A stretch of DNA of 63,142 bases, counting the filler, from Octopus bimaculoides (lineage: Eukaryota), in the NCBI RefSeq assembly GCF_001194135.2. It is 6 parts of 6 records of this genome, joined end to end, with 100 filler letters (N's around TTAATTAATTAA, not from the genome) between each part and the next. Parts side by side here need not be neighbours in the genome. Positions count along the whole stretch, not along the records: positions 40,448 to 54,108 come from NC_068981.1; positions 54,209 to 57,199 come from NC_068982.1; positions 57,300 to 61,002 come from NW_026368510.1; positions 61,103 to 63,142 come from NW_026311051.1; 2 more parts are not named here. The stretch is one strand, 5' to 3'. The notes under the pieces are model-generated. The model was not told the DNA's origin. It did not search any database and saw nothing but the letters and a program-made list of their open reading frames with translations. Below are positions 52,988 to 63,142 of this stretch, piece after piece. Within the stretch, counting starts at the first letter, position 1. Every line of letters starts with the position of its first letter. The position numbers were made by a program, and so were the translations under genes.

Positions 52988-53726
52988 CTGTTACTTATTG
53001 ATCAATTTCTGCATTCACATTACGTGAAAAGCTATACAGGTAAGACGAGTGTTGCGGCTATCAGGGAAATTCGCCATGAATCTATCGAGAGTTAAAAGTT
53101 AAATTTTCTTACAAAGAATGATTACTTCGCATGCTACAAATGAATATTTTCCACTTCAAGCATACTCATAACGTCATATAATTTAGTACCGTACAAAACA
53201 GACCAAAATGTTCCATGATTAACCTCCCCCAAATTCACCATTGAATACCAGAGAGACGTGATGTCAGAAACACTCTTGTGCGGAATACACTCAACCCACT
53301 TGACTGGTCATCTATATTGTTACGGTTGTATTCGCTCTTCCTGGAATTGAGATGTAGCCAGACTTGTTTGCATTTTGTCCTTACTCCTGACATTTGTGTT
53401 TCATTCATATGTCGTTTCATCTGATGAAACAGCAATGTTCTTGGAAGAGTCTAAGTAACTTTGTGTCACATGAGAGAACTTCTCATCGAGTCATCGTACG
53501 CCATGATGCGAATGGTCAAAATAGTGAGATTCTACAAGGGAAAATGTTTTAGCTCTTCATCTTTTATTAAATTTGTTATAATCAAATAAGAAATTGCGCA
53601 AAACTCTTTGTTTTTCTGAGATCTGAATACGAACCACTTTCTCGCGGAGTTATTCACCTGTACCACAACAATTCACTTGTCCATACACTATGGAAAACGA
53701 ACAGGCAGCAGTCAATCAATGAAACC

Positions 53727-53795
<69 letters not shown>

Positions 53796-53796
53796 C

Positions 53797-54108
53797 TGGA
53801 TAGGAGTAAAAGGGGATGTAAGTGCCTCAAAGACCTGCTCAGACGTTTCCATTTGTCTGACAGGTTCCGACTCGACCATCCGAACGTGCCAACGTGGACT
53901 TGGACAAACCGCGTCGGATCGTCGAGATCGTATCTAGATAGAGTTCTATGTAGGACAGCGGATAGAGATAGTGTAGGATGTCCACAATTTAAAATAGTCA
54001 GCTACACAGATCACAAGTTTGTGACGTGTACGCTCGACTTAAATAAGACACATAGGCAGGGTCCCGGTTACTGGAAACTGAACGCTTCGCTCTTAGCGCG
54101 GCAGGTTT
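53797..54108 (+). mobile_element. Tx1/L1-like LINE APE endonuclease fragment starting at (TATC)n, cut by the join
   Basis: LSDRFRLDHPNVPTWTW..SRSYLDRVL...C..YTDHKFV...GPGYWKLNASLL. Confidence 0.9.
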
Positions 54109-54208
54109 NNNNNNNNNNNNNNNNNNNNNNNNNNNNNNNNNNNNNNNNNNNNTTAATTAATTAANNNNNNNNNNNNNNNNNNNNNNNNNNNNNNNNNNNN
54201 NNNNNNNN

Positions 54209-54456
54209 GGGGATGGTGGTGAACCCTGCTGTACTCTTTCACCACAACTTTCTCTCACTCTCACTTCCTGTTTCTGTTGTGCCTGTAGTTCAAAGGGTCA
54301 GCCTTGTCACACTGTGTCACGCTGAATATCCCCGAGAACTATGTTAAGGGTACACGTGACTGTGGAGTGCTCAGCCACTTGCACGTTAATTTCACGAGCA
54401 GGCTGTTCCGTTGATCGGATCAACTGGAACCCTCGACGTCGTAAGCGACGGAGTGC
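54209..54456 (+). mobile_element. SINE family B, 3' part
   Basis: Aligns to 1830-2081. Confidence 0.9.
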
Positions 54457-54688
54457 ACACACACACACACACACACAATACATTTTATCGCATTTCGCTG
54501 TCTTTTCCATTTCGTTCTCTTCATCTTTTATGTAAATCCCCACTCAAATTGTGTGTCCTTGTGATGTCCCCTTCCCCTGTGCCCCAGTGGCTAATAAAAC
54601 ATATCATTGTTATTACTATCACAACCGTGCCAGATGACTACCGATGCAGTCCTAAAAAAGACCCCCTAAAAACTTAACTGTGCCGACA

Positions 54689-55527
54689 TATCATGGCTGG
54701 TGACGTCATGATCACGGGTTAACTGGATCAGAGTTTACTTGGGGTCAAACAACAACACCAACAACAGCAATGAGTATCAGCAACGCTGTTGAGGGAGTCA
54801 CTGTGTGGTCATTTGACCGACTAGAAATAGCAGCCAGATCTCTTTCAACCGAGAAATCGAGGCAGGACATTTTGTTGTGTCATCCGAAATACACTTACAA
54901 AAAAAAAAAAAAGACGGGGTGGTCGTGACTGGAATGCTTCTAATTCTATGCCTGGTGGATTCAATCTAACGTCAACAATGAGGGGGCAACACCATTCCTA
55001 CCTCCATTACCGTTGTGAGAACTATAGCACCACCATCACCACCATCACCACTACCACGGCTACTTCCAACACCACCGACAACAACAACAACAACGTCGAC
55101 TCTGTCTCCACCGCCACCGCCACTGACAGCACCACCACCGGCAGCACCAACACCGCCTGGTCGCTGAACCATTCAACAGGTCTCTATCCAGTCACTAGAA
55201 ATAGCAGCCAAATTTCGTTCGAATTACGCTCTACCATCCACAGAAAGGACAACAATAACAACAACAACANNNNNNNNNNCTTTGAGAACCTAAGGCTTAG
55301 GTGGTTAGGGTAATCCTGGATCTGAAGGGTTTCGGATGACACAATAGAATGTTCTGTCCCTATCTCTCGGTTGAAAGAGATCTGGCTGCTATTTCTAGTA
55401 GGTCAAATGACCACACAGTGACTCCCCCAACAGCGTTGCTGATACTCATTGCTGTTGTTGTTGTTGTTTAACCCCAAGTAAACTCTTGTCCAGTTAACCT
55501 GTGATCAACACGTCACCAGCCATGATA
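54689..55527. repeat. Inverted repeat pair (~200 bp): 54689-54889 and 55330-55527
   Basis: tatcatggctggtgacgt...agaaatagcagccagatctctttcaaccgag...catccgaaa and its reverse complement, with scattered mismatches. Confidence 0.9.
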
Positions 55528-55587
55528 GTTGGAGGTCTCTCCTGCATCAGGACTGCACCATCACATACTTTGTGTATACTTCATTGC

Positions 55588-55866
55588 GTGGAGGCGCAAT
55601 GGCCCAGTGGTTAGAGCAGCGGAGTCGCGGTCATAAGATCGCGGTTTCGATTCCCAGACCGGACGTTGTGAGTGTTTATTGAGCGAAAACACCTAAAGCT
55701 CCACGAGGCTCCGGCTGGGGATGGTGGTGAACCCTGCTGTACTCTTTCACCACAACTTTCTCTCACTCTCACTTCCTGTTTCTGTTGTGCCTGTAGTTCA
55801 AAGGGTCAGCCTTGTCACACTGTGTCACGCTGAATATCCCCGAGAACTATGTTAAGGGTACACGTG
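55588..55866 (+). mobile_element. SINE family B, 5' part (runs into gap)
   Basis: A/B-box head; 55717-55866 is identical to 54209-54358. Confidence 0.9.
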
Positions 55867-57007
55867 NNNNNNNNNNNNNNNNNNNNNNNNNNNNNNNNNN
55901 NNNNNNNNNNNNNNNNNNNNNNNNNNNNNNNNNNNNNNNNNNNNNNNNNNNNNNNNNNNNNNNNNNNNNNNNNNNNNNNNNNNNNNNNNNNNNNNNNNNN
56001 NNNNNNNNNNNNNNNNNNNNNNNNNNNNNNNNNNNNNNNNNNNNNNNNNNNNNNNNNNNNNNNNNNNNNNNNNNNNNNNNNNNNNNNNNNNNNNNNNNNN
56101 NNNNNNNNNNNNNNNNNNNNNNNNNNNNNNNNNNNNNNNNNNNNNNNNNNNNNNNNNNNNNNNNNNNNNNNNNNNNNNNNNNNNNNNNNNNNNNNNNNNN
56201 NNNNNNNNNNNNNNNNNNNNNNNNNNNNNNNNNNNNNNNNNNNNNNNNNNNNNNNNNNNNNNNNNNNNNNNNNNNNNNNNNNNNNNNNNNNNNNNNNNNN
56301 NNNNNNNNNNNNNNNNNNNNNNNNNNNNNNNNNNNNNNNNNNNNNNNNNNNNNNNNNNNNNNNNNNNNNNNNNNNNNNNNNNNNNNNNNNNNNNNNNNNN
56401 NNNNNNNNNNNNNNNNNNNNNNNNNNNNNNNNNNNNNNNNNNNNNNNNNNNNNNNNNNNNNNNNNNNNNNNNNNNNNNNNNNNNNNNNNNNNNNNNNNNN
56501 NNNNNNNNNNNNNNNNNNNNNNNNNNNNNNNNNNNNNNNNNNNNNNNNNNNNNNNNNNNNNNNNNNNNNNNNNNNNNNNNNNNNNNNNNNNNNNNNNNNN
56601 NNNNNNNNNNNNNNNNNNNNNNNNNNNNNNNNNNNNNNNCCATCCACAGAAAGGACAACAATAACAACAACAACAATAACAACAACAACAACAATAACTA
56701 CACTTTTACAGCAACTGCAACTACCATCATCATCATCATCATCACTAACAAGAAAATACCACTTAACTGCTACTACTACTACTACTACAAAGCACACCAT
56801 AACGACGTTCTCCCTCACCACCACCATCATCATCATCATCATCATCATCACCATCGCCACCACCACCACCATCACAGCATCATCATCATCACCCTCATCA
56901 TCATTGTCATCATCATCACAGCATCATCATCATCATCACCAACAGCCGCAACAACAGTAACACGATGAAAACCACTCCTACCATCGTAATCATTGTCAAC
57001 AACCGCC

Positions 57008-57041
<34 letters not shown>

Positions 57042-57614
57042 TCACCACCATTTCTGCGACGACGACCACCAACACCACCACCACCGCCGCCACGAAGCCA
57101 CCAATCGTCACCTTGCTACTCCCACGTCAGTCCTTCCCCTAACCCCCCACCCCTTCTCTAACCCAGAATTGTCATATACACCCCCATCGCCGCCACCACN
57201 NNNNNNNNNNNNNNNNNNNNNNNNNNNNNNNNNNNNNNNNNNNTTAATTAATTAANNNNNNNNNNNNNNNNNNNNNNNNNNNNNNNNNNNNNNNNNNNNA
57301 TATATATACACTTACGCATACACATGCATCCCCGCGTTACGGCTGCCTCAGTTTACGGGATTTCGCGCGTATGGAAAATGTGAAGTATGATCGTTAATTT
57401 CGGGATGCGAGCTGTAATTTCGCACTTACGGAAACTCATATCGCATAGTGTGAAATTGTTAACAATTTAAAACTACACTTTTTTCTTAGCTCAATAGTCA
57501 CTTGCGTTTTAAGATTAATTTAGTTAACGATTTGGAAAAGTATCATCACGTTACACACATACACAATTGTATATATAATGTAGATAATGTGAGTATATAT
57601 TCAGTTTAGGCGCG

Positions 57615-59190
57615 ATAAGGTAAGTGGATAGCGGTCCGTAAAAATTGTGAATTGGCGTCCCTCGAGAGTGCTAGAAATGTTTGCTAAATACATAGCTATC
57701 AGCTCCCGTCCGAAAGTGCTGTAGCGAGTTTCAGCTGGTTTAAGCTGCTGAGAGAAAAGGCAAGAGGCTGGAGTTGTTGCTGGTGAAATTGCTGTAGCAC
57801 CGCGCCTATGGCAGTGTTGGGTGCATCCGCTACAAGGGATAGCTGAGCGTCCGCGATATAGTGGGTAAGAAGCGATGCCTGAGCGAGTTGCTGCTTTGCT
57901 GTGTTGAAGGAGTCAAGTTGGGTGGAGTTCAACGCTATCGGCTCATTCCTCTTTTTCCTATTCCGAAAAAGCGTGTTTAGCGGATATAGGATTTCAGCTG
58001 AATGAAGAACGCAGCGCCGATAGAAGTTGAATAGTCCCAAGAAATGTCGGAGCTGACGTAACGAGGTGGGTAGAGGTAACTTCTGCAATGCGTTCACCTT
58101 GTCAGGCAGTGGCGATATGTCTTCAAGGCCGATGCTGTAACCTAGGAAGGTCAAAGAAGATGCGCCGAAAACACATTTGGTAAGTCTTGAACCGCTCGAA
58201 CAGCTGATGTACATGATGGAGATGTTCGTCGGGTGAGGCACTAGCTATCAAGATGTCGTCGATGTACGCATAGACAAAGGCTAAGTCTCGGACGACTTCT
58301 ATGAACCTTTAAAATGTGCTGGCTGAATTCCGTAAACCAAATGGCATAGTGAGGAATTCGAAGGCGCCAAAAAGAGTGATTACGGCAGTCTTTGGAATAT
58401 CCTCTGGATTCACAGGAATCTGACGGTATGCCTTAACCAAGTTCAGTTTGGCGAATACTCTGCAGTTGTGGAGAGATGACGCAAAATCCTAAATGCGGGG
58501 TATTGGGTACCGGTCTGGCACTGTGATGGAGCTTAATCTCCTGTAGTCACCAGTGGGCCGCCAGTCCCCGGAACGCTTGGAACCATGTGCAAGGGCGACA
58601 CCCAGGGGCTATTGGAGGGGTGGATGATGCCCAACTAGAGCATATCGTTAAATTCAGCCTTGGCTGCTTTTAGCCTCATTGAGGAGAGGCGGCGAGGGCG
58701 AGAAAAAACCGGAGTACCTTTAGTTTCGATGAAATGGGTGGTGGTGTGAGTTAGAGCAGCAGTAAAAAATTTGGGTTAGTCAGCTCCGGTTATGAGTTTA
58801 AGAGTGCATGGTATGGGTCGTCCGTGGCATCGATGAAAAAGACTGGACTAACCGCAGGGGTTAGTGACATTTTACCAAGGATAGAAAGTTCTGTGGTTGC
58901 GTCCCATAAGCACTGAGTGCGCATGTCCACCAGCAGGTGGAAGTGGCGCAAAAAGTCTGCACCTAATATTGGGTAAGGGAGATCTGCGACGGTAAAAATC
59001 CACGTTGGAATCTGGCCGAAAGTTGGAATCGGTGAATGGTTCACCACCTGTTGAGTCACTCGTGATAATAGCTGTTTATCCACTAGGAGTTTTAACAGCC
59101 AGATACTGCAGGCAGCACCTATACCTACAAGGCAGCGGGCGTGGGATATTTGGTCTGTTACGAAAAATGCACGGTTAGCTGCTGGCTGCT
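57615..59190 (-). pseudogene. pol: Gypsy pol: protease-RT-RNase H (stops and frameshifts)
   Basis: LVGIGAACS (decayed DTG), ILGADFL, GDYRRL, DRYPIP, MPFGLRN, YIDD (58255-58266), FLGY, FLGLFNFYRR, ADAPNTAIGAVLQQ, STFGRELIAMY, FTIFTD. Confidence 0.9.
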
Positions 59191-59199
59191 GCAGAAAAT

Positions 59200-59974
59200 G
59201 TGCCGTGCTCAATTCTCTGGTTGGTCGTTTCCCTGTCGAGAAAAAATAGTGTTGGGTACATTTACGTGCTGAAGCTCCAAACTTGGCATGGTACCAGCGC
59301 ATGGATGAATGAGCAGAGGACGAGCGACGGCGAGGCGAAAAGGAACGCCGTCTGGGTGAACGTGATCTGGAAGTGCGAAGGAGCTGCACTTTTCTCGTTA
59401 ATTCAGTTATCGCCTTTAGGATAGCAGCCGAGGCAAGGTCCTTAGTGGAAACTGATGCTACTGGTACGTGTGTGGAGGTATCCAGTGGTACTAGGGTCAG
59501 CATGGTGGTGTTGCTGGTACACTCTATGATTCTGTCGACGGTGGAGGCTATTTGCTCGATGAGAGTCGTCTCCACTATAGAGGCTAGGATGGCTTGGACG
59601 TTAGAATGCAACCGGGGAAAAAATAGTTGTTTCAATAAAGTACTATCAGCAGGTGCATTTTGGGCCAATTCCTTCATGTGATGCAGAAGTTGCGAGGGTT
59701 TACGGTCGCCCAAGTGCTCGTCATTGACGAGGGTTTGAAATTTTCTTTCTTCCGACAAGGAGATGTGTCAAAGGATCTCCTGCTTAATGCTCCTTTTCAT
59801 GGCATCATGTGGGGGCTTAGTTATCAGGTCCCTCACAGTGGCTGTCAGGGATGATGGTATTGTGTCAAGTAATATATGGAGCTGTTGGGCTTCAGAGGCA
59901 CTATTGTTCACGGCAAACGTCGATTCGATCTGTGCGAACCACACTTTCACATCAGGTAAGGAACTGTTATTCAT
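59200..59974 (-). pseudogene. gag: Gypsy gag (frameshifted)
   Basis: DVKVWFAQIESTF; LGDRKPSQLLHHMKELA; RSRSPRRRS; WYHAKFGASARKC (decayed CsRn1-type Cys/His motif). Confidence 0.85.
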
Positions 59975-60452
59975 GGTGAAATGTATAACAGAAAGATGTC
60001 AATTACTGGGGAAAAGTTTGTAAAATGGTGTGCGACCGTGCTGTTAGATTTAACAGATAGCTCAGGCAGCTGTGTTGTGTCCACGTGGAGTATTCAAAAT
60101 TAGCACACACATGTAGCTTGTGAAATAGAGTCAACGTTTGTGAAGAAAGACAAAATGGCGATGAGACGCATGGCATATGAATTCACATGTGCAAGAGCAA
60201 AAAAGAATATTTGGCTATTTCCCAAACAAAAATTTTGTTTTAGCTCGACTCAGCTACAAGAATAAAAGTTAATTATTTATTGGTGGAGGGGGGAGGGGGC
60301 AACATCCTAGTAACAGATTGTTCGTATATGAAAATGTGTTGGTGTAAGTGCGGTGTGTTTGTAAATGATTTTGGTGTGTGTTTACTTAACAACACACATT
60401 TTTCTTTGAACAAGGCATCCAACGAACCATATATGTATATATTTTTTTTATA

Positions 60453-60464
60453 CCGGGGTCACCA
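60453..60464 (-). promoter_or_regulatory. Primer-binding site, tRNA-Trp type
   Basis: Minus strand TGGTGACCCCGG upstream of gag. Confidence 0.75.
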
Positions 60465-60467
60465 TTT

Positions 60468-61002
60468 TATAGCAGAAGTCGTTGAGTGTTCAACTGCTCG
60501 TTATTAAATGGGAAAACAGTTAGTTTGTGTATAAATATATTGTTTATTCTGTGTTCACCTTTTGTGAGGGAAGCATGTAGTATGATACAAAAACGTGTGT
60601 TTACATACAAAGGAAGTTTTGATTTTTGCTTTTGTACTGAAAGAAATAACATATAATATTTGTATTACAGTATGTATGTGTGTAACGAGAACAGTCACTT
60701 TGAGAATATGTGTGTGAGAAAATATATTTGTTTATGAACCATATATCTTGTGTCGAGGTGAATAGACATGTGAGTTGCAGGTGGGAGATTGCGCGTGGTG
60801 CTACAGAGAAGGCATGTGTCTTTGACTGAAACTGAGAACTTCTACTGTGTAGCTCAGAACGAGGTCGCTGTATCAAAGCGAGGCTAGATGCCTCATCGAT
60901 ATATTCATCTGCTGTGCAGGTCGACTCACATATTACCATGTAATATGTAGCTTTGCTATAGGGCTTTCCTATAAGTAGGTTATCTCCCTTGGCTAGGCGG
61001 CG
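60468..61002 (-). repeat. Putative 5' LTR (outer boundary unresolved at the join)
   Basis: Directly upstream of the PBS; minus-strand AATAAA near 60545; no second LTR available to confirm. Confidence 0.45.
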
Positions 61003-61514
61003 NNNNNNNNNNNNNNNNNNNNNNNNNNNNNNNNNNNNNNNNNNNNTTAATTAATTAANNNNNNNNNNNNNNNNNNNNNNNNNNNNNNNNNNNNNNNNNN
61101 NNATATATATATATATATATACATACATATCAATAAATATTTATTTAAACATTTTTTTTTGTACGTAAGTATTTATCGATGAACATATGTATGTGCGTGT
61201 ATATACATATAATATACAGATAATATATATATACATATATATACATTATATACATATGCGTGTGTGTGTTGGCATACCATAATGCACATTGCACTCTTTT
61301 AAGAATAGATGAAAAAGCATTGAGTACATTAAATATTTTGATGTATCGACAGAATATATATATGTATATATATGTATACACACACACATATATATATAAA
61401 CATACACGCACGTATTTATGTACGCATGTTTTTATATATTTTTTTATGTATGAATATATATGTGTGTGTGCGTATTCATGCGTGTATGTATATATTTGTG
61501 TATATATGTTTGTG

Positions 61515-61712
61515 CTTTTTTCCTTGGGCTGGCCAGATTGGAGCAGTCTCTAGTATAACCAACCGAAACTGCAAAGATAATCTGGAACTCGACTGACGAA
61601 AGAAAACTCCGAATGTCCCGTCCTTGTTTTTTCTTGTCCCCTCTTTTGTATCATCTAACTGTCTGGATGTTTTGTTGTCGCCTGTTGCGTTGATGTCCCA
61701 TTTTTTGTATTC
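61515..61712. mobile_element. TA-anchored ~250-bp family, inverted partial copy
   Basis: Reverse-complement alignment to 43866-44070. Confidence 0.8.
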
Positions 61713-62000
61713 TTTTATATGTGTGTGTGTGTATGTGTGTGTATGTAATGTGTGTATGTATGTATGTGTATATGCTTTCATGTATATGTGTGTATGCATG
61801 TATTTATATGTATGTATGTATGTATATATANNNNNNNNNNNNNNNNNNNNNNNNNNNNNNNNNNNNNNNNNNNNNNNNNNNNNNNNNNNNNNNNNNNNNN
61901 NNNNNNNNNNNNNNNNNNNNNNNNNNNNNNNNNNNNNNNNNNNNNNNNNNNNNNNNNNNNNNNNNNNNNNNNNNNNNNNNNNNNTGTGTGTGTGTGTGCA

Positions 62001-62246
62001 CAGGGTTGCCCGAAAGTAGGTTTACAGTTATCACGTAGGCACTTTAAATTTCTTTTAAAAATTTTATTACATTTAAATTTCTATCTTACAAACTGAAAAG
62101 AGAGCTTGACAGAATTAAATAAATTAGCAATTAGCATAGAATAATGGTTTCATATTTTTTTTTTTTATAATTAAGATCTAAATTGTTAATATATGAATGC
62201 GAAAGAGATAGTTGAATAACTGTAAACCTACTTTTTGGCCACCCTG
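62001..62246. mobile_element. Tc1/mariner-type MITE, complete
   Basis: 31-bp TIRs cagggttgcccgaaagtaggtttacagttat / ataactgtaaacctactttttggccaccctg; TA on the right flank. Confidence 0.9.
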
Positions 62247-62489
62247 TATATATGAGAAAAAGAAGAAAATGGCGATTAGCAAGTTAAGAATTGTTTATTA
62301 TTAACATCAAATTACTCATCATCCCTTACAGCTGTTTCAATTAATACTCAGTAAATATTAAATTTATATGACGTGAACATAATATCTTCAGATGGAAAAC
62401 AAATAAAAGAGTATATAGCCGTCGTAAAGGAGAAAGCGATTCGCATATTCACGTTCGAATCTGCCGGAATGCATTAAGAAAGTTCACCT

Positions 62490-63034
62490 GCGGCATGACC
62501 AGCATGACGTACTTTTGATCAGACGTCAAAAGTTGTGGCCCCTGCAGAGCAGAGAAACCTTCAACATGGCAAGTTCGTGATGCTGAATGTTTTTGACCCG
62601 TTCACGTATCCATCACCATGTGATGAACACGGTTGAGGTTTTCTTGGGTGGTGGCTATGGCAGGACGTCTGAACCTTGGATCAACTTCAAGACTCCCCTT
62701 ACTCCTCTTGACTGCAGCTGCCCACTTTTGCACTGTTGATAAAGTTGGAGCATCATCCCCTAATATAGTAACCATATCACCATGAATGTCCTTGGGGGCT
62801 AACCCCTTTTACTGAAGAAATTTGGTAACACCACGGTGCCAAATCTTATCCATTTTCACGAAATGTCTCCAGTGCCACTTTTCGAAGCCCTCAATTCTGT
62901 ATCCAATGTGGGTTTATCTGGAAAGAAAAAAATGCAATTAGCATCAGTAAAGATTGAATTTAATGCATGCCGAGTTTAATTACTGTGTGATAAATCCCTC
63001 TTAATCAACCTATGAACGTTTCATCCCACCCTAG
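62490..63034 (-). mobile_element. Mariner transposon 5' part, decayed
   Basis: TIR-like 63009-63034; ATG at 62853: MDKIWHRGVTKFLQ*KGLAPKDIHGDMVTILGDDAPTLSTVQKW../SLEVDPR..RPAIATT..; LLTSDQK. Confidence 0.88.
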
Positions 63035-63142
63035 TGTGTGTATATATGGAACTGTAAAAATCTGTAAAGCTTTCCAGAAGTTTATCATTAAAATATATAT
63101 GAGTATGTCTAGATATGTAGCTATATGCATGAGAATACATAC

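Larger units (their letters stand above)
57615..61002 (-). mobile_element. Ty3/Gypsy LTR retrotransposon, CsRn1-like, pseudogenised, integrase and 3' LTR absent
   Basis: gag, protease, RT and RNase H in order on the minus strand; PBS TGGTGACCCCGG; putative LTR above 60468. Confidence 0.92.
360..61830. repeat. Dense microsatellites throughout: (TA)n, (CA)n, (GATA)n, (ATGT)n, (AAT)n, (CAC/CAT)n, (CT)n
   Basis: Directly visible; most N gaps are bordered by these tracts. Confidence 0.98.

Noticed and set aside
52971-52992. miR-7 orthologue
   Set aside because: Only the first 8 nt match, it is on the wrong arm, and there is no downstream complementary arm
57320-57440. Tigger-MITE-like terminus (ccccgcgttacg...cagtttacgggatttcg)
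   Set aside because: No matching opposite TIR identified
679-62096. Long ORFs of poly-X, YI/HT/CV/LS dipeptides, and poly-I/V/T/H/N
   Set aside because: They are translations of N gaps and microsatellites, not genes
1-63142. CRISPR array, rRNA, operon or prokaryotic defence system
   Set aside because: No regularly spaced direct repeats with unique spacers, no rRNA-like sequence, and no gene-dense region

Overview
This is repeat-dominated, AT-rich eukaryotic intronic or intergenic DNA. The SINE families and very high microsatellite density best fit an octopus (coleoid cephalopod) assembly; this is an inference from recalled repeat families, not a database result. Roughly 8.5 kb of the window is N. 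Five 100-bp artificial joins (44 N + TTAATTAATTAA + 44 N) split it into six pieces whose adjacency is not sequence-supported. No intact host gene is recognisable and nearly all listed ORFs are microsatellite or gap artefacts. Recognisable coding content is decayed transposons: a CsRn1-like Gypsy LTR element (57.6-61.0 kb), a Tigger/pogo transposon with one TIR, three mariner pieces, Tx1/L1, CR1/L2, R4/Dong-like and HERO-like LINE fragments, and a Penelope-like GIY-YIG fragment. Many tRNA-derived SINEs and several MITE or fold-back elements are also present. The most interesting signals are: (i) an apparently complete type-I hammerhead ribozyme at 39302-39362 (-), plus decayed hammerhead-like cores in several (TA)n-anchored elements; (ii) apparent partitioning of microsatellite types among element families: Tx1 in (TATC)n, R4/Dong in (TAA)n, hammerhead and MITE elements in (TA)n; (iii) a covarying 3' stem-loop shared by retroposon tails. 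Weaker leads are a miRNA-like hairpin, two RFX X-boxes and phase-compatible micro-exon candidates.
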